Of a stretch of 64,000 nt of DNA, positions 23,773-37,000 are shown piece after piece (within the stretch, counting starts at the first letter, position 1; every line of letters begins with the position of its first letter). The stretch is from Phyllosticta citribraziliensis (taxonomy: Eukaryota). A program made the translations under genes and the position numbers. The notes under the pieces were generated by a model. That model worked only from the letters and a program-made list of their open reading frames with translations, did no database searches and was not told the origin of the DNA. The stretch covers positions 186,001 to 250,000 of the forward strand of contig NW_027117340.1 of the NCBI RefSeq assembly GCF_038025025.1, written 5' to 3'.

Positions 23773-24725
23773 GGTCGGTTACGTTGCAACTGGAATTGCA
23801 AAACGAGTGGGGGTGGTTGTTGAGAGAAGCTCGGATGACGACCGAGGCGATGAGGTGGTCGAGGTGGATTGATTGCTGTGAAGCTCGGGCTGGATGTAGG
23901 GTTGGAGCAAAGCGGGGCAGGCAGATGGGGTAGGTAGTCAGTCGTGGTGGTCTTGTCGAGGCGAGTCGACCAGGGCGCAGCAAGCAGCAACAGAGATAGG
24001 TAAACAGACAGGTAGCTCTGAGCCAACAGCTAAAGATGAAGGCCACAGAGATACAGAGGAACGGGAGATAGATGGTCAAGGGGAGAAGAACATGGAAAGG
24101 TTGATGGATATTAGGCGATGTTAGCGCAATCAATCAATTCGAGCAGCCAGCCCAAACCCGGCAGCCGGCTTCTCCCATGAGCAGCGAGCGAGCAAACAAG
24201 CAGGCAAGCTGTGGCAGAAACTGCCGCCGGGAGGTTTTTATGGCGCCACAAGTGCTCTAGCTGTCAGTCACCACTAACACCAGGCATGACGGCCACGGCC
24301 ACGGCCACGGCACGCATGTTGCCGATAGAGACGCCCGCTGCGAGCTACGACACCACAAAAATGACATTAATACCGCGAGAATGCGGACGATTGGAGGGTA
24401 TCCGAGGCCTTGGTCGAAATGGGGCGGGAGCCGGGGTCGACGAGGGGAAGGGATGGGAGGGGTGGACGACGAGAATGGAGGCACATGGGCGAGGGAGGCA
24501 GCAGTCAAGCTCAGCGATCCCTGCCAAAGTGTCGTCGTGCCCCAGGTTCGGCCGTTCCACGCGTCGCCTGAGGTGTCGAGGAGGTACCTGTAGTGGTCGC
24601 GGTCGAGAAATCGTCGGTCGTGAGGTTCCGCAACCGCATCCGAAGTCCGACGCCACAATTGCGGGGGAGCTTCTCGTTGCCGGCGTGCCAGTGTCGGATA
24701 GGCTTAGCACGCGGCAACCACATCG

Positions 24726-24752
<27 letters not shown>
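24726..24752. repeat. (CA)n microsatellite
   Basis: Direct inspection. Confidence 0.9.
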
Positions 24753-24756
<4 letters not shown>

Positions 24757-25181
24757 TTGCAGCCGTCAACTTCTCGATACTTCCGACATAGAGCACGATA
24801 GCTCAAAAGCTTAGCCCACGTCGCATGAATAAGAGTAGAGAAATCCACGGCGATTCCGTCTGCGCCGTTGGTCCGACCCAGCTGTCGTCCAACTCTATCG
24901 GATTGCGAAACCATTTCCGTCTTGCTTTGAGAATCCAGTACCTGACAATCAACACACCCACTTCTCCCCTGTTTGCGGTGAATCCACACGCATGCAACCA
25001 TGTCCCACCAATCATTTACAACTATCCTCTGTACTGTATGTCCGCCCTACAACTTTGTATAAAATCCAGCTAGACGCGTGTCAGCGTCTTCTGCATCCAT
25101 AGCTACAGCCCGCGTCTGGCGTGCGCAAACTCAATCACCGACTTGTCGGAACCGCGCTTCATCAAACAAGCATCGCGTCCG

Positions 25182-28020
25182 TTAGCTTCGTTCGTAAACG
25201 TCAGCCAGCTTGGTCAGGACGTTCCCCATCCGCGGCGTCACTATTCACTCAAGTCAGCAAAGACGGTCCACTACAGAATTCGTCCAGCTGGACAGGAGGC
25301 AGGAAGTACTCACCACCCCAGACCCACGTGTCTCCCAGAAAAAGCGCTCCCGACCTCGCCAAGGCGCCCGCCAGATTGCGCCGCCCTTGATGCTCGCTCT
25401 CCATCTCGCGCAGCAGATCCCTGCACTTCCCCAGAAGCTGCCTCTCCTGCGCTTGCTGTGACGGTTCCAGACTCCACTCCGATTCGCTGTCCGCGCCATC
25501 GCGGCTCGCGCCCTCGCCATCGCCTTCCGCGCTCGCGAAGCCTTCTGAGCTTGCCGCCGGCGATGGCTTCGTCTCTGCCGAGTGCACCCATTTGGTTAGA
25601 AACATGGCGCAGTCCCAGAACGCGATCGCTTGCTCCACGCTCCAGTTGAACGCTGCCGTCTTTCTGACCAGCAGGTGGCCCACCCGAACCGGCACCAGGA
25701 ACCCTTCGTATGCTTTGGTTGCCGCTTCCAAGCCTCCCTGCTGTGGTGTTGCAATGTATACGTCCAGTGCTGCCGAGACCTTGTCCGCGTCGTCCGACAC
25801 CAAGACTGTGAGGCGGTCGAGCGAGAGTTTGTAGTCGTCGGAGAGAAGGCGCAGGTGTGCCAGGCGTAGACACGCCTCGCTGTTGAAGACTAGCGAGGCT
25901 TCGGCGTCCTTGTTGAGCGTGTCGCGGTGGTCCTCTCCTCGTACGTGGTGGCGAGCCGGAGATGCCAGGGATTGGGCACATTTTTCCAGAATGCGCGACG
26001 ACTTGGTTTGGATGGCGGAGCTGATGGCCTGGTACTCGAGCGTTTGACCAAACGCCTGTGACACTTGCTGTTGAGTCCACACGTGTACGTTGGCGGCGTG
26101 CATCATGACGAGTTTCGCAAAGCCAGGTATCGGCTCGAGAACGTCAGGCTCGTCCTGTCCCTCGGCATTGGGACCGGCATCCATCATGGCGTCTCGAATG
26201 GTTCGCTGCGAGTTGGGACTGACAATGGTCAAGTCTCTCCATTGCTGCTCCGTTGGCGCAACCCACACCTCTTCTCCTGCCGGGATTTCAATCTCAAGGT
26301 CTTCATTGACGGCGATCGACGGGTTGGATCCAAACATGATGGAGATGATTGTGCTCAGCAAGAACACGCTGCACAAGAGCCGCTTTTCTGCCTCGCGTTT
26401 GACCCAGACTTCCCACTGGAGATCGCCGTCACCTGGAGCGTTCGTCGCGAGGGCCAGCCGCCGCAATTGGTAGTCGTTGGCAAGGAAGCCCATGCGCTCA
26501 ATCGTGTCCATGGTGGGCGCCGATCGACCGCTATAGATGCCGTACATGGAGAGCAGCAGCATCCCCTGGACGGCCCAAAGCGGCGCCGGCTCGAGTGATC
26601 CGCCAGAACGACATTCCGCAATGACTGCCTCGATTTGCGTCGACGCCAGGTCGCAGAGCGCCTCGGCCCGTCGCCTCTCCAGTCTGTAAAGCGCTCCGAT
26701 GCAGCAAATGGCCAGGACGAGAGGACTCGGCGTTGCCTCGAGCTTGAGCGACGCAAAGTGGATGAGCGGGAGGTGGCGATGGAAGCAGCTAATGTAGCAC
26801 TCGACAAACTTTTGCAACTCGTTCTGATCGGGGAAGCCGTGCGAGCCCGAAAACGTCTCTCTTGCCCGCGTGAGAAAGTCTTCGTGTAGGCATCGGAACA
26901 CTTGGTCCGTAACCTTGACCTCTGGCAGTTTTGTAGCCTTTTCCTGTGCTCCAAAAGGAAGCGAATGAGCCTGCGAAGGCATACCCCCCAAGAAAAAGTC
27001 GGAACCCAACGACCCATAAAGCGTTTGAATCGGAGTCGGCAAGTCCAGCGATTGAACGAAGAACGGATCCATCTGGCCTGTAAAGTCGAGACTCTCTGGC
27101 GTTAAGTCGGCGGGCATTGCCGCGTGCGCAGTTCTGGACGGAGCGCAAGGCTCGGACCAAAAGTCGCGAAAGATGTCAATGGAGCTGTAGTCTGATTCTG
27201 TGTGCTGTGTGCTTGGTTGTGGCTCGTTCACCTTGCGTCGCTTGCTCGATGGTGTCTCGTCTCTTTTGTCGTCCGGAATGTCAAAGTTGAGAAACGACGT
27301 ATCCGACGCGTCCCGCTCGAGTTGAAGTCTAATGTCTGCACCGTTGTTTTCAAACAGCTGCGGATCAATTGGGAAGTCGACATCGCAAAATGGGACATCC
27401 TTTGCTTCCGCACGAACATCGGGGGGCTGTGGCCCGAGGCCATAGGCTTGATCCGGACAGCTCTGAGGACTTGGGTAGAGCACATCGGCAGGATTGCCCG
27501 TGGCATTGCAGGACACCGACCGCCGCGAATCTTGGACTGGCTGAGGCAATTGAAAGTCTCCAAATGCCACGGTGGAGCGTCGTTCGGTCTGCGGAGGGGT
27601 CTGTTGAGGAAACGCAATGGGATCCGCAAAGAAAAAGTCGCCGTTGCGGTCTCCTGCCAGGGTCGCGCGTCGCCGAGGTTGAGCAGCATTCTCCTCGGGC
27701 AGCGCGGAAACAAGTCCAACGGCCTCTGAGGCTCTCCTGGGGCTTGGTGACGCATCATCGCCCTTGTTGTTTTGGTTGGGATGCAAAGTTCGGACGTGCC
27801 TGGTGACGAGATCCTTGCGCGCATATCTCTTGTGGCAGTACTGGCACTCGAATGGCTTCTCGCGCGTGTGGATCCTCTCGTGCCTCGAGCAGTGCTCGCT
27901 CCGCTTGAAGTCGCGGTTACAGGTACGACAGCGGTACGCCCGTCTCCCGTCACTGAGCGTTTCCTTGGAGGCGGGCGGCGAGTCGCCGGCTTTGAGATCG
28001 TCGGCAGTGGGCCCAGACAT
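25182..28020 (-). CDS. C2H2 zinc-finger transcription factor with fungal-specific TF domain; terminal intron ~25241-25313
   Basis: Two fingers (CRTC...HERIH, CQYC...HVRTLH), YISCFHRHLPLIH region; last exon VTPRMGNVLTKLADVYERS*. Confidence 0.9.
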
Positions 28021-28676
28021 GACAACGCTTCCCGCGACGGCGATGGAGTCGTGGACGGAGGAAAGGGATCAGAATTGGCGCAACGACATCGTTCACGACT
28101 AGGCCGATTGACCGGCTAGGAGGCAGCAGGCGGCCGGTTATGCTGAATCGCAGGGAGGCTAGCGGCAACGGAAGCAAAAGGCGGGGGAACCAGCTTCACC
28201 CATGCCATGGCATCCAGTGCCAGGTTCTCCACGGTGGGCCCTGGCCGAAGACGTCGCAAGCGGCAAAGTGTCCAGCGCCATGACATCGATCGGCAAAACG
28301 GGGTCTGGGGAAATGCCGTCCGCACATGACCTTATGCGTTTATTTGCGAGCCCTGTGACTCGCTGTCGAACGGCCTCACTGCGTTGCTCAACACTCGCTC
28401 TCGGCATTCCCCGCCCTTGTAATTTGCGGAAAGCTTGCTTCGCTTCCCCAGATCCGAACGCCTGGAAACGATGCTTGCGTACCGGATCCAGCCTCCTCAG
28501 TCCTCACGCATGCACCGAAACTCGTCATTCAAGTCCAAATTCTCTATCGTGGTCGTCTATCGTTGCAACAACGCTCATCATCTCGTCACACCAGCGGAAC
28601 CTGCTTCCCGCGGGCCTTTTTTCCCCATGCAGATTGATACCCGTACTCCGTGTCTAGCCTTGAAGTGAAAAACCCC

Positions 28677-29606
28677 CTAAGGCTTGGGGACCTTCAAGGT
28701 TTTGCTGACCATGAGACAGCCGTGCAGCACAAACATGACCACAATGGGGTGAAACTCCAGAGCAGTGCCGGTGAATGCCGTTCCCAGAGGAATGTTGTCC
28801 AGAATCCAACCCTTGGATACCCAGAACGCCATGACGCTGTCGAGTGCGAGCGACGTGGGGATCGGAGTGCCTTCAAAGAACTTGGACTTGCCCGTGGCGT
28901 CCTTGGGGAGCGCTTGGACCGTGACGTTGAAGCGGGCGAGGCGCGACAGGCCGCAGAGGACAAAGAAGGAGAGAAGCAAGTGATCCACCGGCGTGCGGAT
29001 GCCAATCGCGAGTGCGCAGACGGCCGGTGCCACGCCAAAGGAAATCTGGATCAACGCTTAGCAGACTCCTCAACCCATTGACCCGAGACACGTACCAGGT
29101 CCGCAAGCGAATCAAGTTCTTGACCCATCAACGACGCCTTCTTCCTCCATCTCGCTACCTTGCCGTCCATGAAGTCGAAAAAGAGTCCAAAGGGCATAAA
29201 GGCAAGGGCAGCCCACAGGTTGCCGAGTTCGCTCGGGTCACCGAGACAGTATCGCATCGAGGAGAAGATGGACATGACGCCGCAGAAGCCTGCAGTCCGA
29301 GTTAGCGTTGTTTCCTCAACTGTCAAAATTCTGAATGTACCATTGAGCTCCGTGATCAGGTCCGCGAGGTGGAGCGCCCTGTGCTTGTCAGTCGCGAACG
29401 GCGAAACGTCGATCGGTGGGCGTACTTGATGAGAGAGAAGTGACCGGCGTCTGCTGCGAGGAGCCTCATTTGCTTGTCTTGAGCTACCAAGAGGTCAGAA
29501 GTGCCGCAACGAGGTCCGCGGGTGCTTGCGTACCTGGATTCTCCGGGGTCGACGAAGAGTGGGCATCCTTGTCGGCGCCACTCGAAGCACCGCTGCGTCG
29601 CGACAT
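28677..29606 (-). CDS. CHO1: CDP-diacylglycerol-serine O-phosphatidyltransferase (phosphatidylserine synthase); 4 introns
   Basis: CDP-alcohol phosphotransferase motif [34 protein letters not shown]-terminal SKTLKVPKP. Confidence 0.95.
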
Positions 29607-30005
29607 GAGGACGGTTTGAAGGGGGAGAATGTGTCGGCAAAGAGGAGTGGGTGGTGAGGATAGGGAGAGAAGTTGGAGGAAAGAGTCGAGGAGTTGGCGC
29701 TGAGAAGCGGCTGTGCTGCAGGCGTGGGTTGTTTTCAAGATTTCGGGCGGCCCTAAGCGGCTGTCGTCACAGGTACCTGGCCCTGGCCGCCAAGCAACGT
29801 CACGATGTGGATCACGCTTCGCTTTATCCTGCTGCACGCAAAAGAAACAACTCGTCCATGGTTTTCACTTTACAGTATTCGATGCCGTGTCTTGTCCATG
29901 ACCCAAGAGACCCTGCCAGACCATCGTCGCCTGGATATTTTGAACGTTGAAATGACCACTCCCCAACCGCGAACGCCGTTCCATGAGCCATAAAGCAGCA
30001 AATGT

Positions 30006-30886
30006 TTAGAAACGGCCTCGGCCTCTGCTTCCTCCTCTGGGAGCGCCGCGGCCGCCGCCAAATCCGCCGCCGAATCCGCCTCTTGGGCCACCCCTGGGGG
30101 CGCCAAATCCGCCCCGACCACCCCTTGCACCGCCACGGGGACCGCCACGAGCACCGCCTCTTCCACCACGCATGGGTCCGCCGCGCGAAGCACCGCCGGC
30201 ACGCTTGGGCTTCGGTGCACCTAGAGTGCGTCAGTAGCGTCCTGAGAGTCGTAGAAAAGGTCGTCTTACCCGCCGGAGGCTTGGGCTTGGGGAGGAACCT
30301 AGTGCTGTTAGTACAGCGTTTTCATCACGAAGCTCGACGGAGCTCACCTCTCCAATGGCAACAGCTTGTCTCCACCAATGAAAAACTTGTCACCGGGCTT
30401 GAATGACGTCGCGACGATGCCTTCTTGCGGCTTGATGGTGAAGTAGACTTGGTTGACGGGGCCGAGAATCTCGTCGACTTTTCCGATCGAGGTCTGACAC
30501 AGTCAATCTCCTATCCCTCGCCATGGGTCAACGTGTTGCTTGCCTTGTTCTCGAGGAAGATGGGGGCGTTGAAGTAGGGGATCTTGGTGTTGATCGACTC
30601 GCAGATAATTTCGCCTTCGCACGCGTGCGTGAATTTGCCCATTTCTGCAAAAGTCAGTCTCGGTCGATGTAGTCGTGTATTTCAAGGCTCACCGAAGACC
30701 TCATCGGGCGGGCCCTGGGGTGCTCCAAATCCACCGCGAGCTGTCCCAAACAATTAGCATTGGACGATCCAGACAGAAACGCGCACACGCACATCCGCCG
30801 CGACCACCGCGGAAACCGCCTCCACCGCGAGCGCCAAACGAACCGCCACCGCGGCCGCCGCGACCGCCGCCTCCTCGGAAAGACAT
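30006..30886 (-). CDS. GAR1: H/ACA snoRNP subunit Gar1; ~5 introns
   Basis: RGG-rich termini flank [12 protein letters not shown]...[25 protein letters not shown]. Confidence 0.93.
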
Positions 30887-31117
30887 GATTGCTTGGGGTA
30901 TCGAGAGTCCGGGGCGGGAAATGTGCAGGTCGCAAGATAGTCGTGTAGTGGAGCTCGACCAACCGCCGAACTGACAATTTTGCGTCGGAGGTCGGCGGCG
31001 AAACCCCGTGGCCCGTGCGTCGCTGGCTGAGTCACGGCTCCGGCCTTCAGAACGCGGCCACCTCGCCAAGTCGCAAATCGAATTTACAGCAAGCCATTGC
31101 ACCTCAAGTCGCCAACA

Positions 31118-33451
31118 TGGAAGCAGTCAAGGATGCCGTGGAGGGCGTCAAGAACATAGCGGTCTCGGACACCAAAACCCAGAAAAAGCAGCAGCCCAAG
31201 AAGGACAAGAAGAAGGGCGCAGAGGATGCCGATGGTCGTCCGCTTGAAATGACCCCTCCCCCGGCCTACTTCGACCACAGAATCAAAATCTTCGAGGAGC
31301 TCAAGTCAAAGTACGACGAAGAGGTTGCCCAGAAGCCCCGTGAGCCCATCAATGTCACTCTTTCCGACGGCAAGGTCCTCGTTGGCGAATCCTGGACCAC
31401 CACCCCTGCCGAACTTGCCCGCAACATCAGCAAGTCTCTGTTTGAGCGCACCGTCATTGCCCGCGTGGATGGCGAGCTCTGGGACCTGGAGAGGCCGCTG
31501 GAAAAGAGCTGCAGCCTGGAGCTTTTGGACTTTGAGCATCCCGAGGGAAAGAAGGTCTTTTGGCACTCCAGCGCTCACATTCTCGGAGAGGCCGCCGAGA
31601 GACGATTTGGCTGCGATCTCTGCATTGGTCCCCCGGTCGAGGATGGCTTTTACTATGAAATGGCTCTCCCCGGCGGCGAGCCCGTTCAGCACACCGACTA
31701 CAAGCCCCTCGAAAAGGTTGCCGAAAAGGCCATCAAGGACAAGCAAAAGTTTGAGCGTCTGACTCTGAGCAAGGAGGACCTCCTTGAAATGTTCAAGACC
31801 AACAAGTACAAACAGCACATCATCAAGGACAAGATTCCCGATGGAACCAGCACCACGGTCTACCGCTGCGGTCCTCTCATCGATCTCTGCCGTGGTCCTC
31901 ACGTCCCCCACACTGGCAGGGTCAAGTTCTTCAAGATTATGAAGAACTCTGCCTCTTACTTCCTCGGTGATGCCAAGAACGACTCCCTGCAGCGCATCTA
32001 CGGTGTTTCGTTCCCAGAGAAGAAGATGATGGAGGAGCACCTCAAGTACCTCGAGGAGGCTGCCAAGCGCGACCACCGCAAAATCGGAAAGGAGCAGGAG
32101 CTCTTCTTCTTCCACGAATGGTCTCCTGGATCCGCTTTCTTCTTGCCGCATGGAATGATCATTTACAACACTCTTCAGCAATTCCTTCGCGAAGAGTACT
32201 GGAGGCGCGGCTACTCCGAGGTACAATCTCCCAACATGTACAACGCGGACCTCTGGAAGCGTTCTGGTCACTGGCAGCACTACAAGGATGACATGTTTAC
32301 CTTTGAGGTGGAGAAGGACCAGTGGGCGCTCAAGCCCATGAACTGCCCCGGCCACTGCTTGCTCTTTGCGCACAGGGAGCGCAGCTACAGGGAGCTGCCC
32401 ATGAGGATTGCCGACTTTGGCGTCCTGCACCGCAACGAGGCCTCTGGCGCTCTGACCGGACTCACCCGTGTGCGCCGATTCCAGCAGGACGATACCCACA
32501 TTTTCTGCACCGAGGATCAGGTAGGTTGCGTGATTCCAACAATGTGGGCCAGCTGCTTATGAGTCACAGATTGGCCAAGAAATCACCGGCCTCTTTGACT
32601 TCCTCCAGACCGTCTACGGCAAGTTTGGCTTCACTTTCAAGATGAAGCTCTCCACTCGCCCCGAGGGCTTCCTGGGCGACGTTGAGACCTGGAACGAGGC
32701 CGAAGAGAAGCTGAAGCAGTCTTTGGATGAATTCACAGCTGCAGGCGGTGCCCAGTGGGAGCTCAACCCAGGTGACGGTGCCTTTTACGGCCCAAAGATT
32801 GACATTACCATTTCCGACGCCCTCAAGCGCGAGCACCAGTGCGCCACGATCCAGCTCGACTTCCAGCTCCCGCAGCAGTTCAACCTCGAGTACATGGGTG
32901 CTGAAAAGGCCGACAAGCCCAAGGACCAAAAGGCCGAGCCTGCTGCACCCAAGCCCGAAGCGTCGGCGGAAGGCAAGGAGAAGCCGGTCATGGAAGCGGC
33001 CAGGAAGCCTTTGACTCCTGGCTGTGCCCGGCCAGTCATGATTCACCGTGCCATTTACGGCAGCTTTGAGCGTTTCATTGCCATTCTCACCGAGCACTTT
33101 GCAGGCAAGTGGCCATTCTGGCTCAGCCCGCGCCAGATCCTGATCGTCCCCGTCATGCCCGCGGTCAATGACTACGTGCACGAGCTCCAGGGCATCTTCC
33201 GTTCCAAGGGCATGAACGTCGACGTCGACGTTAGCGGCAACACGATGCAAAAGAAGATTCGCACAGGACAGCTGCAGCAGTACAACTTCATCTTCGTGGT
33301 GGGCGCGGAGGAGAAGACGCAACGCAAGGTCAACATCAGAAACCGTGACGACCAGGCGACGCAGCAGAGGGGCGAGCTGGTGGACTTGGACGTGGCGATT
33401 GAGAAGCTGGTGGCACTAAAGGAGGGCAGGGGGATTGTCACTGCCCTCTAG
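31118..33451 (+). CDS. THS1: Cytoplasmic threonyl-tRNA synthetase; intron ~32521-32569
   Basis: TGS domain, [46 protein letters not shown]. Confidence 0.97.
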
Positions 33452-34086
33452 ACTGGGCGCAGGGGTAAAAGTAGTTGTGGTTGGACGGAAAACATGCGAG
33501 GAGCGGAGCAGTGAGTCAACGGAGTAAAGGCATGTAGGGTGATGAATTCAAACATTGCAACGAAGTGGTTTGGATCCGTCATGCGGCCACGACTTTTGCG
33601 ACGCCGAAGCTCTCCGGGATCAAGGCTCAAGACAAGATACCCATTCAAACCAACCGCAGCGCCCGAGGCTGCGGCTGCCCGGGTTAGAGTTTGGAGCTGC
33701 ATCATGTCTCGTGAATTGGTTAAACTGGCCTGCCCATCTCATGTCTTTGGCGTCGTTGTGTACGACCAACGCTCAAACGGCGCTCGCGGGGTGGACCCTG
33801 GCCGGCGCTTCGACTGGTAACTTTTAGCGCGGGTTCGTCCACCACGAACCGCACCGCCAACTTCATCCCGCTCCGCTTTTTGTCTACACTCCACTCAGAG
33901 ACCCATCCGACTCTCGACGGAACGGGACTTGAGCTGCTCCAGTTTCAGAGAGGATTTCCAGAGCATCCTGCATCCGACGGCGCGGGAGCGTCGGGCATCA
34001 CCGGCACCGACTTTTTGTTTGGCCTCGTCATGACAACGCCTCTTGGTTCGCTTTGAAGGTGCACCAGCTGTTCCTACACCGACGCC

Positions 34087-37000
34087 ATGGACATCTCCGT
34101 CCGCGGAATTCCTCCACAGACCAGCGAGTCGGAATTGACCAAATTCTTCAAGCCAATCCTCGAGCAATTTGGTGTCGTAGCCTTCAACTGCCACTCGGTC
34201 AAGAGGCATCCATTGGCCATCATCACCGTTTCCGATCCTGAAAAGGGCAGGCGATTTCTCCAGCGTTACGGAGGCCAGAATACTCCAGTCGGTGGAGCTG
34301 GCCTGCTCTATGCCAACAAGATCCTCAGATGCGCTCCAAGCAACCACAAACCCGATGAATACCTGGTCAAGTGTCTCCGGAAAGAGGAGGCCACGACACT
34401 GCAAAAGGCCAGCGCAAAGGCAAGAAAACCACCCACCGAGATTGCACCCAACCAGGCCCAGACGTTGGTCCCCAAGTCCAAGCAACAGCGTGCTTTTGGC
34501 TTCTCTGGCCTCTGGTGCGGCGTGTGGGACTTTGATGGCTCCCAGGCTGCCTTTGCTCCTCACTTTCAGGACAACAGGCGTGGTGTCATCCTGTTTGGCA
34601 GAAAGCAGCTATCATTGATTCTACGAGCCGATGACTGGGTCTCTTCCACTTGCCGAATCGACGTGCCTTACTGGAGCGTCGACACGATTGTTGCAGGCAC
34701 CCGTTTGCAACCGACGGTGACGTTGACTTTGAAATGGGCTCCGAAAATCTATCGCCTGGGAGAAGGCTTGACTGGATTGATGGCTGGCCTCGGCTTCACT
34801 GCGCCTGGCAACCGACAAAAATATCAGCGGTACAATCGCACCCGCGTGCGTGCGATTGATGATTCCCACGCGGACGTGGTGAGCAGTTGCTGGGTCTATC
34901 AAATCACTTTGGAGAAGCGCACAGATTTGCAGCTACTCTTCAACTTGGTTCAATGGAATCCAGGCATGCCAACCATCACCTCCATCCCGTCCGGCTACAC
35001 AAAGGCCGTGTCAACCTTTCAGGACGACTTTCTACAGCTGAAAAAAATGCTCAATCCTGGGAACCAGTACGGGCGTCTCAAGTTCACCGTCAAATTCCAG
35101 GTGGAGCGCCTGGCTAGGAACGCATACTTGCCACCGGCCAGGGTAATCTACCTCCTTCCAACCATCATGCGCCTCTCCAAAGAAAAGGGGCACATTGCCA
35201 CAGGTTGCGCGATCAAGTTGTTGTCACAGCAGATCGAGTTTCCTGGTCCGCATCTGGATCCATACGACTTCTCGGTCGAGACGCTGACAAGAAAGCTTGT
35301 TCAAAATGCCATTGACTTTCGGCTCGAAGGCTCCGTATTTGACATCAACTCGCGCTACGCCCACATGGCTCTGATTCACAGAGTGATCGTCACACCCGTT
35401 GGAACCTATCTGGAAGGCCCGGAACCCGAAGTCTCGAATCGTGTTTTGCGCAAATACCCTGATCATACGGACCACTTTGTTCGAGTGCAGTTTACAGATG
35501 AGGACGGCGACCTGATGCGTCCGGAGCCCAAGACGGACCCTTCGGAAATATATCACGATCGGTTCAAGGATGTTTTGAACACCTACATCGACATTAGTGG
35601 TCACTGCTTCCAATTTCTCGGATTTTCTCACTCTTCGCTGCGTTCGCAAACCTGCTGGTTCATGGCTCCATTCATCGATGGGACGTCCCTGATAAGTCCT
35701 CCAGAGGTCATCAAGGGCCTGGGCGATTTTTCCAAGATTCAGTCTCCGGCCAAGTGTGCCGCTCGGATTGGTCAAGCGTTTTCGGATACGAGAAACACCG
35801 TCACCATCTCTCCATCGAATGTCAAGAAGATGGCAGATGTCGAGCATCATGGACATACATTTAGTGACGGTGTCGGTACAGTCTCTCCGATGCTCTTGAA
35901 GAAAGTCTGGAAGTCGTACGAGCAGCGAAATGTCATGAGACCAACCTGTCTCCAGATCCGGTTTGCTGGTGAGTACGTTCCTGATGCGTCGGACCAGTAC
36001 TGACAAAGTACAGGTGCCAAGGGCATGCTATCTCTCGACACTCGTCTCCCAGGCGAACAGCTCCGCCTTCGTCCGTCCATGATCAAATTCACTCTCGGCG
36101 AAGCACCCAAAGACAAAGTGGAGCTTGAAATCTGCAATGGCAACTTCAAATCGATGCCCATGTACCTGAACCGACAGTTCATCAAGATTTTGGAAGACTT
36201 GGGAGTGGGGACAAAAGTCTTCCTGGACCTGCAACAGAAAGCCGTTGAGGAGCTCCGCATGATTACAAAGTCGCCCGTCAACGCTGCCACCTTTCTCGAG
36301 AACGGCGTAAGCGGAGAGAAGAAGCACATTCCGTTTCTCATCCAGGCGCTGGATGAGATTGGTCTGTACTTCAATGAAGACACCTTTCTCCACCACATTG
36401 TCGAAGTTGCTGCACTTTCCCATCTTCGAGACCTCAAACATCGCGGACGTATCCCCGTTGATAAGGGAGTCACGCTCTACGGAATCATGGACGAGACGGG
36501 CATTCTGGAAGAAGGCGAAATCTACTGCACGGTCATGAGTCAAGGCGCCAACGGCAGGCTGAAGCGCACCGTGTACACGGGCGATGAGGTGATTGTGACG
36601 CGCTCTCCGGCGATGCACCCGGGAGATATTCAAAAGGCGCGGCCCGTGGACGTGCCTACCGGCTCACCGCTCAACTATCTCAACAACGTCGTCGTCTTTA
36701 GTCAAAAAGGCCAGCGGGATTTGCCCTCGCAGCTGAGTGGCGGAGACCTCGACGGTGACCTATACAACATCATATTTGACCGCAGACTGATTCCCGCCAT
36801 CACCTCCTCAGCAGCCGAGTACGCCAAAAAAGACCCCATCAACATTGGCCGGGCCATTGAGAGGAAAGACATTGCCAACTTCTTCGTGCAATTCATGGAA
36901 ACAGACCAACTAGGCCGCATCGCCATGATCCACATGCAACTGGCAGACAGACGACCAAACGGCACCCACGACCCGGACTGCCTCAAGCTAGCCGAGATGG

